DNA from: the human T2T-CHM13v2.0 reference genome, Homo sapiens
Strand: one strand, 5' to 3'
DNA: 64,000 nt
NCBI RefSeq assembly: GCF_009914755.1
Contig: NC_060928.1
The position numbers were made by a program, and so were the translations under genes. The notes under the pieces were generated by a model. It made no database searches and was not told the origin of the DNA. It saw nothing but the letters and a program-made list of their open reading frames with translations. Below are positions 1 through 14,125 of this stretch, one piece after another (the stretch's first letter is position 1; each line of letters begins with the position of its first letter).

Positions 1-450
1 ATTGCAGCATTATTCACAATAGCAAAGACTTGCGATCAACTTGGGTGCCTGCCAACAGCTGCCTGGATAAAGGAAATGTGGTACATATACACCATGGAAT
101 ACTACACAGCCATAAAAAGAATGAAATCATGTCCTTTGCAGCAACATGAATGCAGCTGGAGGCCATTATCCTAAACGAATTAACACAGGAACAGAAAACC
201 AAATACCACATGTTCTCACTTACAAGTCGGAGCTAAACATTAGGTACTCATGGAAATAAAGATGGAAACAACCAACACTGGGGACTACCAGAGTGGGGAG
301 AGTGCAAGGAGGGCAGAGGCTGGAAAACTACGTATGGGGTACTATGCTTACTACCTGGGTGATAAGGTCATTCTTACCCCAAACTTCAGCATCATGCAAT
401 ACACCCATGTATCAAACCTGCACATGTACCCCTAAAACTAAAAGTTGAAA
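1..450 (+). mobile_element. L1 3' end (late ORF2 plus 3' UTR), old primate subfamily (L1PA15-17/L1PB-like), cut by the window start
   Basis: Typical L1 3' motifs: ggaatactacacagccataaaaagaatgaaatcatgtcctttgcagcaaca, accacatgttctcactta, aacctgcacatgtacccc, then an A/T-rich tail. Confidence 0.9.
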
Positions 451-779
451 TTATTTTTTAAATGCTTAAATAAAAAGCATAACAATTATAAAAATTATAA
501 AAGGTACAAAATAGATTATTTAGAAGTTTGTTAGTTTAAATGAGTATGTTTACTTTTAAATTGTAAACATATCCAATACTTTTCTATTATAAACCATAAT
601 TATAAATATAAATTTTTTTAAAATAAAACATACAATGAAAGTTTCAACAATGAACAAATATTTTAAATATTTTTAAAAAGTAATCGAGTTAATAAAATAA
701 GCATAGGCTTATAAAAGTAAGTGCTTATGAAATACATTTATGTCTGCTTCTAAGTTCCTTATAAATAAGATAATGATAT

Positions 780-890
780 AGTGAAAAGCACATTGTTGGC
801 TTTGCAGTCTGAAGACCTGAATTTGAAAACTGGCTTTGACACTTACTTGACATGTAACTTCTTTGTGGCTCATTTCTTCAGCAATAAAAA
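780..890 (+). mobile_element. MIR fragment
   Basis: gtgaaaagca...ctttgcagtctgaagacctgaatttgaa...ctttgacacttact resembles the MIR core; highly diverged. Confidence 0.55.
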
Positions 891-1360
891 GTATAGTATA
901 TAATTTATATTTTATTTTATTTGTTATAAAAAGGAAGATCCAATCTTCTTTATTTGTCTGAAAACAATCAACAATCTTTTATGCATCTCTTTGGAATGTC
1001 AAACCATGACATGTGATATTACAGCGCACAATAGTCTATTCACTTGTATGATATAAACTCTAGATTCTATAGGCGTTTGGAAAAATAAGAAGGGAAATGA
1101 AAATAGGAAGTCATCTATTCAGACATGTGAAAGCATCACATAGAAGAAGAAATAATTTTCCTTAGTTCCCATATATCACTGGAGGTCAACTTCATACACA
1201 AAATCCCAGAACTAGGGAGTCCAAATGCAAACAGCTCATAAGAGTGCTTTCAATAACAGGGAAAGAGGGAGGCAGGGACGCTGTAACCTGCATCTCTGCA
1301 GGTGGGAGCTGCTTGAGACTGGCAGCAGGTTTGGGGAAAGGTATTAACGGGTAAGAGGCA

Positions 1361-1747
1361 TTTTATGGGTTAAATTACTTTCCCTCCAAGTTCATATGTC
1401 TTAACTCTTAGTACCTCAGAATATGACAAATATTAATATGACTGTATTTGGATGTAGGGTCTTTGAAGAGGTAATTAGTTAAAATGAGGTCATTAGGGTG
1501 GGCCCTAATCCAATCTGACTGGTGTCCTCATAAGAAGGGGAGATTAGCGTACAGATATGTACAGAGGAAAGACCATGTGAAGACTTGGCGAAAAGAACAC
1601 CCATCTGCAAGGCTTCAGAAGGAACCAATACAGCCCATGCCTTGATGTCAGACTTTTAGCCTTCAGAAATATGAGGGGAAATAATTCTATTGCTTGAGAT
1701 CCCCAGACTGTGGTACTATATTATGGTAGCCCTAGCCAACGAATACA
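1361..1747 (+). mobile_element. MaLR solo LTR, MLT1B-like
   Basis: ttatgggttaaatt...gtaattagttaaaatgaggtcattagggtgggccctaatccaatctgactggtgtcc...ccctagccaacgaataca; perfect 5 bp TSD AGGCA at 1356-1360 and 1748-1752. Confidence 0.9.
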
Positions 1748-1760
1748 AGGCATCCTAGGG

Positions 1761-1785
1761 AAAAAAAAAAAAAAAAAAAAAAAAA
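1761..1785 (+). repeat. poly(A) tract
   Basis: 25 consecutive A. Confidence 0.95.
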
Positions 1786-3329
1786 GGGCTTCAATATGGG
1801 TGAAAACAACTCGGGGCAGAAGGTAGTCAGTGTAGGAAAGGTTTTCCAATGAACTGGGGAGAGGGTGTTGCAGTGACCAGTGACAAATCAGATGCAGACA
1901 TCTGAAGGGGTGGGGTTCTGCATGGCAGTGCTGAGCAGGCACTGGAGATATCTTATGCCTTACCCTCAAGGAGCTCCCCAAAGTGTAGTTGGGGAAAGAG
2001 GTGAACAAATTCTATTTAAAAGAAGTGGTACATATTAAGGCTAGAGGTATGCAGAAGATGCAGGGGGAGCAAAAGGAGGAGCATCTAACACAAAGGAACC
2101 CCCTGTTGCTGGGAGGCTTCCAGGAGGAGATGACCCTGGAGCTGAGTATAAGGGGACAGAATAAAAGTTAGGTGACAATAAAGTGGTGTGGGGTGGGAGA
2201 GGATGGCAGGTCTGAGGATATGAAAAGAGATGTATGCTGTTTAAGGAGGAGGAAATCTCACGAGTGCAAGAAAAGAGGTATGGAATAAAAAGAACTGCTT
2301 TTTATAAAAGCAGTTAAAAATAGTTTTTTTGTGAACCACAAATAATCTGGTGCTGTTAGATCTTCCCAAGTGAGACTGGGTTGGTGAGAGATGTTGCAAG
2401 GCAAGAACCACAAGATTCTTTTAACAATGTTTCAGTGGATTTCCTTCGTGGAGAGGAGGATGTGTTTGAGGGGACAAAAGACTGCAAACCAGGCAACTAT
2501 TTAGGCTGCTGGTACCACAACAAGGAAAGGTAGGCTAATGTCTGGATATCGGCACTAGCAAAGTAGCAGAAAGACTAGAGAGGAGGGGACAGACTGAAGA
2601 AATCATGGGAACTTATCCATTGGTTGGAAATGGAAGTGGAGCTAGATTACTGGCACGTTTCTAGGAAGCGGAGGAGCGAGGAAGTGCACCAAAGAGTATA
2701 GAATCTTGCTAGGATTACAGGAAAAGGGAAGGACATGGTAAGAGTGCGGATGACAGGCAAGGAGAGACAGTTAATTTAGGTTAGGGTATCGCTCAGAACC
2801 AAAAGGCACAAACAGCATTCACCACCTTTGAGCTCTGCTTTTAAATGCCTTATTCTTTGTGTACATTTTGCACTACATTTTGGCCTTAATCTGTCTTCCT
2901 ATCTCAACTTTAACTTTTTGTTACAGCTAAAATTTTCTACTGTCTCCCATGCATACACTATACTTATTTATCCCTCTGTTCCTTCTCATGCCTTCATCTC
3001 CCCTTCTCATTGGTCTTGGCTCTACCATCTACTACTCGCAGAGACTTGGGCATGTTGCTACACCTTTCCAAACCTTAAACTTTCTCATACACCAAGTGGA
3101 GATACTACTAATGACCACTGGGCGAGGTTGTTGTGTAGATTAAATGAAATAAACACAGGGTTCCACTGGAACACAGGAACGAAGTTCTAATCCAGAGTTG
3201 AAGGTAGAGGGGGTAAGGGTTAGGGAAATCAATAAATCTTTATAGAAGTGGTAACTCCCACTTCTTTCTACTTTCCCTCATAAACAACTCTTCCTTGGAA
3301 ATGTGGAAGATTTTCCATTCTTGCTCCCC

Positions 3330-4030
3330 TCAGATCTGTTCTCGATATGATGGCTGAGAGAGCTCTTTAAAAAATTTTGAAGTGTGATCCTTCCACTCTG
3401 TTCTCCTCCCCTTTAAACCAAACACTTCAGAAGTTTCCCACTGCTCTTAGATACAGACTAAAATTTCACTTTGGTTTAGAAGGTCCTTCTTGGCCAGGCC
3501 TCTTCCTACCTCTCCAATTTATATTGCACCATTTTCCTCCTTCTTTTAGCACCTTGAATATCAAGTTCTCTCTTGTCCCAGAACCTCTCCTTATGCTCTT
3601 CTCTCTTCCAATAAAAAAACAAACAAACAAACAACAACAACAACAACAAAAACACAGATCCACCTCCTGGCATCCAACTCTTCACTTTCCTTTCTAAATT
3701 AATCCAATCTTCCCTTTAGTATCCAGCTCAACTGTAATTTCCACTGGGTTATATTGACTTGCTTCTATGCTCTAATTCCAGAAAACATTTCTCCTTTGTG
3801 ACCCTTATCATAATTTTAATTAATTTGGGCATTTTTTTTTTGGTACACGTATTCGCGTGACTTTTCAAGAGAAAGCATATATGATCTGTCTCCACCACGG
3901 ATGACTCTCAGCTTCCCCCGGGTCAGGGGCTTTTCTGTTCTTGTCCATCACTATATCCCAAAACTGTTGCACAGCACCTGGCCTATCACAGGTACTCAAC
4001 AAATACTTCTTGAATAAAAAGTGAATAGTT
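3330..4030 (+). mobile_element. L2 fragments (3' region)
   Basis: Ends with cagcacctggcctatcacaggtactcaacaaatacttcttgaataaa, the L2 3' terminus pattern; boundaries approximate. Confidence 0.6.
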
Positions 4031-4376
4031 AAAGAAAGAAAAGGATGGATTCCTAAGATAATTCTTAAAAGACAAGGAAGAGAGGGGCAGGCAAAGAAAA
4101 GAGAGTAAAATTTTTTAGGCAGTGGGTAAATACACAAATAGAAAGGAAAGAGAGAGCAAACATTTGAGTAATTGCACATTGTCTGAAAGATCATAGGATA
4201 CGTAGGAAGTTGGAGAGTTGGACAGGGCTAAACCATGAAGGACCTTAATTATCATGAAGATAATTAAGAGCAAGGGAGAGCAAGAAAAATATTTTAGGCA
4301 AGGAACGTCTGGATGACTATGTGCCCTATAAGGATCACATTGGTGTCATGGTAAAGAATGTATTAGAAGAGTCTGA

Positions 4377-4747
<371 letters not shown>

Positions 4748-5215
4748 CTAAAACAAGATGATGGGATCTGAGTTTACAAAGAGGTCAGATTCAGGAGAAT
4801 CAGTCAGTTTCCCACAACTAACTGTAGAACAAAATTCAAGTTTTCTTTTATATGACTTGGCTCTATGCCTGTGCTTAGTGAATGCCCTCACTTCATCTTC
4901 CTCATGTATTCAGATCCATGTTAGTCTTGTGTCTTTGTGGTCCAAAAAATAAAAAATAAAAGAACAGCATGAAGGTGCCTTTAGAGTTTGGGTGGAGAAT
5001 GGGCAAGGAAAGGTACCTATCAAAGGCAAAAAAACCTGTATATTGATGGGCAAGGCAGGGTTTCATCTTTTAGAATAAGGTGTGCTGCTTTTGTTCCATG
5101 TCAAAAGAACAAAATGTGCACAGGTGGTGTGAATAAATAATGCAGATATAAATAAATTATACTAGGATGCCCTTCTGGATGACATTTTGGCAACAAGTTA
5201 CCATTGCAATAGTTC

Positions 5216-6231
5216 ATTCACCAGCTCTGTGAATGCTTGATCAGCACAATAGCACTGAACTTGGTCCTCAGCTGGGCCCCCACTTGGTATAATGCTATGT
5301 TGTTGCCATTTAAAAATTCTTAATAACTGTATTCTTAAACTTGGCTTTATAAGTGAAGGTGGATGGAACAATGGAGGATGCACATGAGCAGAGGGGTGAG
5401 TACCACGTGCATGTCTGTTGCTACTTGCCACCCCATTTGAATATAGTGTGCACAGTGTCCTGTAAGCATACAATTCCAGTGAAATCACAATGTGTGGGAG
5501 TTCAGGAAGACTCAAAGCAAGTACAAGGTGGTATCTTCAACTGAGTAAACAAGGATGCTGACAACTCCAAGAGATCATGCTTTCCACTTGAACCAGAACT
5601 TGCTTCGTAGGCAATAGGAAAGCAGTGGTGTTATAAGAAATACAAACAACCAAGGAACCTTATCATATACTTTTTAATTTATGTTGCTTTATTGTATTAG
5701 TCACTTATGCTGAAAACAGTGACATAGAAGGTAAAAAATGATAAGGAAATATATAGTCCTTTTCCTTTTAGTCTTTATTTACTCATCAATATTAGCCAAA
5801 AGTAGAAAGTGTTGGTAGAATCTACGTGTATCAAGAAGTGTAATAAACACTGTTGAGTCAGTTGTACAGCACGTCCACTATTCTGGTAAGAATGAAATAC
5901 ATATGCATGTATGAGCTACAAAATGTAAATTGTATAATTTCAGTGATTCTGGATATGAATTAAATGTTCTTACATTTACATTCAAAGCTGACATTGTACA
6001 ATATAAAGATGAATGATAAAATTCATATTAATTTAAATTTTGATTTTTCTTAGAATGACAACAAATAGCAAATTAAAAAAACACCATGACAACTTGAGAG
6101 AGAGACTACAGAAGAAAAAAAAGCACTTTACATTTCAGTATGTTGAATGACATTTTTTTCCCTTCTTTTTGGACAAAGGATTCTGCATTTACATTTTGCA
6201 AGGGGCCTTGCAATTAATGAAGCCAGCTCTG
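5216..6231 (+). mobile_element. hAT-Tip100 non-autonomous DNA transposon, MER45B-like (~1 kb)
   Basis: 5' gggccccacttggtataatgctatgttgttgccatttaaaaattcttaataa and 3' gcatttacattttgcaaggggccttgcaattaatgaagccagctctg match MER45 termini as I recall them. Confidence 0.75.
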
Positions 6232-6314
6232 TTGAAAGGGAAAGCATTTCTAGACACCAAAGCACAGGCAAGACAATCATCAATCCTGTTGGTGAGCAGT
6301 GAAAAAAGTAACTG

Positions 6315-6604
<290 letters not shown>

Positions 6605-7144
6605 AAAAAAGTAATTGACAAAATTCAGTTTTAAAAACTGGTTCGTCTATATAATTGCCTTGGCATTCATGGCCATCTAAGTGAAATGTATCTTAATGCT
6701 AGAGTCCTATGACAAACTGTACTTGATACATTGCAGCACTTTTCCTAAATCAGGAGCTCAGGTAAAATACAAGTGACAGAGATAGTCAAATTGGATTCCA
6801 AAATCACCAAAAACAATCTGTCTAAAAACTCAGGAGCTTCATGTGGTCCATGCACCTGTCAATACTCTAACTACAGGCTGAAGTTAAGCTTTGGATTCTG
6901 AGACTATACGGACAAACAAAATTTCTGTTCTCAAAGATTATATCAATCAATATTTGCATAAATTCTATGAAATGCTAAAATAATAAAAAACAAGAAATAT
7001 CCATGCATCTTTATAGTTACATGTAACTTTTAAGGAAAAGAGAATAAGCCTTTGTTCTCCCATTTTCAGGGCTTTCTCTGTTTCACAAGCATATGAATTT
7101 TGGCTGATAATCTTACATCTTTCTTATAGTGACTCTTGGATTCA

Positions 7145-7168
7145 CTTTTTTTTTTTTTTTTTTTTTTT
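7145..7168 (+). repeat. poly(T) tract
   Basis: About 24 consecutive T. Confidence 0.9.
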
Positions 7169-8081
7169 ACTAACTCTTGTAAGACAAACAGCTCTGAACA
7201 TAGTGTGGAAGATACCGTAATCTCCTTGAAGCTAAAAGATTGCTCAGAATTACTCTAATATTTCTAAGAAGCATATATAGTAGTAACATTTCCAAAAAAT
7301 ATAGACCTTAACTAGTCTTCCTAAAAATTTCTGTGTTACTAGAAATTAAGTGGGGCAAGTTGGCAGATGACATGCCAAATGGAGTGATAATCCATTGGCA
7401 TAATTCACTCAGGAAGTAGACAGGTGGGGCAATTATAAGTGCAAAGGTTAAAGATGCCCCACCCATTGATTACCTGAACCTGAACTTTCTTGATGGTGAG
7501 GTGCGGGGAGATGCTCATTCTGTGATGAATAATTAGCAAAAGGCTTAATGTGCAAAATTCCCTGGGAGAGATGGCACATTGGTTTTTATTCACACTAAGG
7601 AGAAAGTGGCTGAGGGAGAATAAACTTTTAAAATCAGGTTTTGGTAGGAAATAGAGGAGACAGGAGTAACCAGTGACTGCAATTGAGAGGGCAGGTGCAG
7701 TGGGGCACCCCAGATTGCATCTGCTCTATGACTGGGTCTTGGTTTTCCCTGATTACATGTTTTACACCACAGTGATTTATAAGCCAAAAGTAGGCCTTTC
7801 CATTTTGATCTCCAGTCTAATGGGGCAAGCAAATAAATACTCCTAAAAGTACTGTCTATGTAATTAACATTATTTTAGGTATTTCATTATGATTACAATT
7901 CTTAGGAATGAAAATAGTGTTTTACAAAAGCAGTTATGGACCTATCAATAGATGTGCTTCTCTTGATAACAGGAGAGCCCTCCCTGGGCTGACTTTAGAA
8001 TAAGACTAGAGGTGACTCCTATGTGGATGTGCCCAGGGCAGCACCTGCTGTAGAGTTCATCCCACAGCATTGTGTGCTCAC

Positions 8082-8389
<308 letters not shown>

Positions 8390-9049
8390 TAAACTAGCTG
8401 TTTTATTTATTAGAAAATGTGATCCATTATCCAAACTTCATTCGGATTGAAGAGCACAAAACTCAGCATCAGATCTGGGTTTGAGACTTTTTTTCTCTCT
8501 GATTTTTTAAAAAGAAATAAAAACCCTACTACCATTTCTCTTACCTGCCCTAATCAGCTCATAGTTTTATTGGGAATGGCCATTCTGGTAAGACACAGTG
8601 GCAGAGGCATTCTTGACTTTGGTTTCGTTCTCAAAGCAATACTCCATGAGATAAAGCATATGAGCATGACTTTCAAACTAGAATGTAAAGTACCACACAA
8701 ATGCTAGCTTCTCCCTCTCAGAAACAAAAAGAAATTGATAGTAATATTTATTTTAGTAGAGAGGATGAATGCCAATGACATTTTTATTTGAAATTTTATT
8801 ATGAAAGGTAAAAATTTTTAAAGCACACATAGGGCATGTTTCAGGACAAGGAATCATCTCATATCCCTTAGTGGGACTGACTTTCCTCTCACATCTCCAA
8901 GCAAGGCAGTCTATGCCTTCCCAGACCTCTTGGGCCAACGAGGACAGAGATACTATCTCTACCTTCCCTGGGGCAAGTGGCCTCCTGCTCAGCAACCTGA
9001 AGGCCAACCAAGACCCTATCTTGGTGGAAACTCTTCCACATCTCCTATG

Positions 9050-9522
9050 AGTCATTACTCCAAAGGAAGGCACTATCCTGATTTCTAAAACCATCATTTT
9101 TCTCCCCCTGTTCTTGAACTTTACACAAATGAAATTATACAGGATTTATTCTTTGGATCTGCAATCTTTTACTTGATATTAGGTTTCTGAGATTCATCAT
9201 GCCATTGTGTATGGCTCTCATTCACTCACTTTCATTGTTGGGTAGCATTGCATTGTGTGAACATATCACAATTTATCCATTTCACTATTGATGGACATTG
9301 TATTGTTTTCAGTTTGAAGCTGTTACAAACAATGCAGCTATAAGTATCCTTGTCTATACCTTTTGGTACACATATATACATTTTTCTATGGTGTTTGTAA
9401 ATGTGAATAGACTTGCTAGATCATAGACTCTGAATGTATCCAATACAGACAATGCCAAAAGTTTTCTAAAGTGGTTTTACCAACTTTCTGAAATACCAAA
9501 TTTACACTACCTCCAGCAGTAT
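9050..9522 (-). mobile_element. Old L1 (L1ME-like) 3' region fragment
   Basis: gagattcatc...gcattgcattgtgtgaacatatcacaatttatccatt...gatggacattg...ttacaaacaatgcagctat...aaagtggttttaccaa. Confidence 0.8.
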
Positions 9523-9800
9523 GTTTCTGGAATACCAAATTTACACTACCTCCTTCATGAATGACACTAGGTGAGCCTGAACATCTGCATTTACTTTTCT
9601 CTTAATATTACCCAGAGCTGGATTCTGTCGCTTGCAAATAAGAACTTTACAAGACAGCTGAAAAATGTGGAGAGAAGAATTACAGATTGAGAATAGCAAG
9701 AAGAAAGGCCCTAAGGCCATTATGTAACATCTTGTATTGACTTCTTGCCAAGCAGATACTGTATTCACATGTTTACACACACATACATCCCTAGATAGAT

Positions 9801-9853
9801 GAGAGAGAGAGAGACAGAGAGAGAGAGAGAGACAGAGAGAGAGACAGAGAGAC

Positions 9854-9890
<37 letters not shown>

Positions 9891-9899
9891 AACAGACAG
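9801..9899 (+). repeat. (GA)n/(GAGACA)n compound microsatellite
   Basis: Direct reading. Confidence 0.95.
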
Positions 9900-9949
9900 G
9901 TGGATAGCCAGAAATCATCTCAGTTAATCATTCTAACTTGCCAATTTTA

Positions 9950-10140
9950 TGCAAGCTACTATGTTAGGCAAAACCCTATGAAACAGGTATGATTCACATT
10001 TATTTAGATTAGGAAACTCACATCTAATAAGTTCAAATAACTTAGTTAAGATCAACTACAAGTAGTGACAAAGGAAGGATTTAAATTAAACCCAAGATTG
10101 TCTGGCTCCAAAGACTCTGCTGTTCACCAATATACCACAA
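9950..10140 (-). mobile_element. MIR fragment
   Basis: aaccctatgaaacaggtatgatt...attaggaaactca...aataacttagttaagatca...ggatttaaa...tctggctccaaagac. Confidence 0.65.
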
Positions 10141-11868
10141 TGATATAGATTATTTTTAAACCCAAGAAAGAGTTGATTTATTTATAAAGGGTATTTAGAG
10201 CATATTCTGTTAACTGTCAACAACTTCAAACATCACTAGCTATGTTCCAGGGTTATTTTTTTCCAGTGTCTGTGTGGAGCATCCTAGGCAAGAGGGTAGA
10301 TGTGTCATGAGAAAGATGGAACATTCCAGGGAGTGGAGTGCATGACAAATTGTTTGTGAATATTCTTCATTCACTGCCAGCTGCTGATACTGCATTCCAA
10401 TTTAACTCAAAACAGTCTTAGGTAATAATGCTAACTAATAATCATAAACGATTTTGCATCCCTAACACATTACAGGTCAGAATGCTGCTAAGTCACAAGA
10501 AAACCATACATTTCTTCACCATCTACACTCAAGTCTTTTTTTTTTTAAAGATGCTGTTTTTCTCAGGGTGAGTGTAGAGTACAGGAGAAATATAATTTTG
10601 TTTGCTGTTATATTTTTATTTCATTCTCATAGTTAAATACAAAATTTGAATCAGCTTATCAAAATACTGTATAAATTTAACCTGTAGGAATTTTATATAT
10701 TGTAGTATTGGTATATTTCAATTGGTTAGCTAGTGTGGAAACATGTTTGGCTTTGTCGCTGTTGTTATGTTGGTAATGATTTTTGATGTTTGATTGGCAT
10801 AAAGTTTTACTGGTTCATGACCCCTGATAAGATTTTTTCCTTGGATGAGATCTCCCTCAATTCGCTTTTTAAGTTTCTATGATTTTAAAAACATAGATGA
10901 CATAAAAAAGAAAAATTTTAAAACTGACTAGATTTGGAACACACTAAGGTCACTTTTGCATATCATGTAGCACCTATAAAGTCATGTTACATCAAAGGGC
11001 AACATTGGAATCCACCTGGAAATCAATAGTTACAACCCCTAAGAAAGGACTTCCCTCGGCCAAATAGGAAAGGGTAAAGTAGGGCAATAAGGAGAGTTTA
11101 AATATTTTCTTTTTGAAGCCTGTTTAATTACATTGTTTGATAAACCAATTCTATTTTGAAAGCCTCTCTCTAAAAATTACTATTGAGCAGACAGTTACAG
11201 TATCATCTGTTGCCTGCTGCTTATAATTTACAAGTGATTGCTACATGTAAATTGTATAATTAATCAGCCTTAAAGAGAAGTGAAAACTGTGCCCTCCATC
11301 CAAATGCAAAGCTAATTTTTGGTGTTGGTACTTTCTATTTTTGCAGTTTAGGCTGATGTGAGTGTTTAGCAGCCACATGCACACCAGCTGCTACTTCCAG
11401 GAGTGCCACTTTAAGTCTTCAGAATGTGGGCAGCTGACTCCTTCATGAATGACACCAGGTGAGCCTGAATATCTTAATATACTTCATCCTCAGTCATATT
11501 CACAGGCAAGGAAATACCTTCCCACTGTCAGAGAAAGGCAGCCTCTTCTGGAGAAGGGCAGATACTCAGCGGATGCAAAGCCCAGTTGCGCAGCACCAGG
11601 AAAATGGACACCCCAGTAATTCAAGTAACACTCTTTCCAATCCTCAATATTCTGAACGGACAGTCTACTCTTTTTGAGTGTCCCTAGCATTTAATTTATA
11701 ATCATAATTTTAAAAAGATGATTTCTGAACCATGAAAATTCACTCAATAGCTAAAGACAGATTGAGGTAGAATTCAGCTCTCGATGGAGAACAATCCATT
11801 TAGGCTCTGAAATTAAAAAAAAAAAAAAAAAAGAAAGAAAAAAAAAACTCAGCTAAGAAACTCAGAGA

Positions 11869-11879
11869 ATGAGTCAGCA
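11869..11879. promoter_or_regulatory. Consensus MARE/ARE (AP-1 core plus GCA) motif
   Basis: ATGAGTCAGCA = reverse complement TGCTGACTCAT, matching the NF-E2/NRF2/BACH-small MAF consensus; motif match only. Confidence 0.3.
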
Positions 11880-13894
11880 CTGTGGATCCGGAACCTGGTA
11901 TTTAGGTGTCCTCACCGCCAAAGGTGTCTCCAACCTGGTATTTAGTTTCCCTGAATCAGCTACCTTCTAATTCCCATTCCCCAATGTATTGAATGATCCT
12001 CTTGACTTAAACTCTTAGAGAAAAGTTAAAAATACAAACAAGACATGACAACACAGCCATTATATTCTTCTTAGCATTCTCTTTCTAACTTTACAATTTA
12101 TCTGTTAATATTAGTATACGCATATAAATAGTTTAAAAAATAAAAACAAAAGTTGATCCACTTTAATTTATTATTACTTTTGGTCTATATCTGGACTCTA
12201 CTTGACCTGATAAGAATTGAGAAGTTCTAGTACCAACCACCAAATAAATGAGAGTGTAACAGAAAGTATTATGACAGAATTCACAGAGTAAGGAAGAGTT
12301 ATTTTACCAACTTTTACACAGGAGATTCCCCTGCTTTTGGCTGAACATGAACTCTGGTCTCTGTGAAACCTATTTGTTTTGCCTGAAAGTTGGAATCTAG
12401 CTAATGTCAATGTTAGTTTTACCATCAGTCAAGAATTTAGCTTAATATTAAACTTTATAATAAACTGAGAGGATTCACTTGCCTGCTGATTTTCTATGGG
12501 TGGCATCCACACATTTGAAATATAGCTAAGAATTATGTTAATTTAGTAAAAAACATGTTGCAGATGCAGCTGTTTATTTGCTTTTCATAGCCTATGATAT
12601 CATTCCAATGCATGTGTCTTGATTTGGAAGGTCTGATGCACTCTGAGAGTGACTTTGATTTGAGAATAGGCTACACCCAAAGTAGCTGTAAGCTATGGCC
12701 ATGCCCATTTGCTTCAATGTCCTAAAGTTAAATGTGTGTGTGCAAATAAAAGAAGGTCCCTGTTCTTTACAATCAGGAGTCAAGTCAAAAGACACTGATT
12801 TCAATTTCACATTTAACTGTTTAACAGTTATGATCTCTGAATAGTATTCCATGGGGGCAAGAAGTCTATGTTTTCCTTGCTGCTGTATCCCTAGCACCTA
12901 CCATTCTGCCTTGTAAAAAACAAGTGAGTGAAAATATTTTTTGAGTCCTTGTTGCTGAATTGCGTTCTGTGTGCATTTCTGTATTTTCTTTTGAAAACTT
13001 ATAGTGGACATATATTTATAATAATGAAAAAGAATGAAATTTTATAATGCTTAATATTCTTTCTTAATAGTCTAAGTAAACTTCTTTTCCTTATATGAGC
13101 CAATTTGTCAATTAGTCTACCCAGAAATTATAATTTAAAAATTTTGAGAGAAATAGGAAATGTCTTAATTGTTTCCTGGCACTGCCTACTTTTACAACTA
13201 CTGCCTGCAAACATTTTATAAATTCACCCTGCTCCATGAGGAATTTATAAATTCACCATGAGGAACAGAGTGAATTTATAAAAATTGGGCCTGTTGACAC
13301 CGTGCACAGCTCCTCCTGCCAGGCCTGAGTGTTCAAGGTCAGTGGCTGGGCTGATATGATGGAATTTCCTTCATAATAAGATAAAAAAAAAAAAGCCAGA
13401 ATCTGTTGTTTTTAGAAGATAGGTGCACTTGCTTGTCTTGCTTAATGGGCCTCCGGGGATCAGGTCCACATGAACATCTCTGTTCAGAAAGATGGACTCT
13501 GCTGGAGCAACTTCACAAAAACAGGACTTCCTGCAACCTCCTGCAACCCAGCATTGCATATGTTGTATTGAGTTAAGCTACTGAGATTTTAGGGGCTAAA
13601 AACAAATTCCCTTTCAATGAGGGAAAAGGAAGTGAGTGTTGAAAGGTACTGGTTCAGGTACAAATTTTCATGGCAGACCAGTAAGTCTTGACTGAATCAC
13701 TTGAGTGGGCCAATGACTACATCTTTACCTTTGAGTGTAGTTGTTTTCCTTTAATTTAATGAAAAAAAAAATTTGCCTTAAGTGCTGTTCTTACATGTGC
13801 AATAACATTCATGTAATTATCATTATTTAGTTTTCAGACACCTTTTGACATAAATGTGATATCTCTTCAGTTCTGTGCAAGTAACTCAGATAAA

Positions 13895-14125
13895 TAATGC
13901 AATTCATTCATTTGTTCAACAAGTAATGACTGAACAAGGCATTTTCTAGATGCTGCAAATACAACACTGAACAAAACAGAAAATGTCTCGCCCTCATGGA
14001 GCTTAGACTCCATGGAACTCAGATTCGAGGGGTGACATAAAACATCAGTAAGTGTAATTGGTAGTATTTCAGAAAGTAAAAGTTCGAGAAACAAAGATAA
14101 ATCAGGGAAGGGGGATAGGGAGTGT
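13895..14125 (-). mobile_element. L2 3' fragment
   Basis: ttcattcatttgttcaacaa...ttctagatgctgcaaatacaacactgaacaaaacaga...gccctcatggagctta. Confidence 0.7.

Noticed and set aside
11874-11930. REST/RE1-like (tcagcactgtgga) and CTCF-like (ccgccaaaggtg) words
   Set aside because: Several core positions mismatch the consensus.
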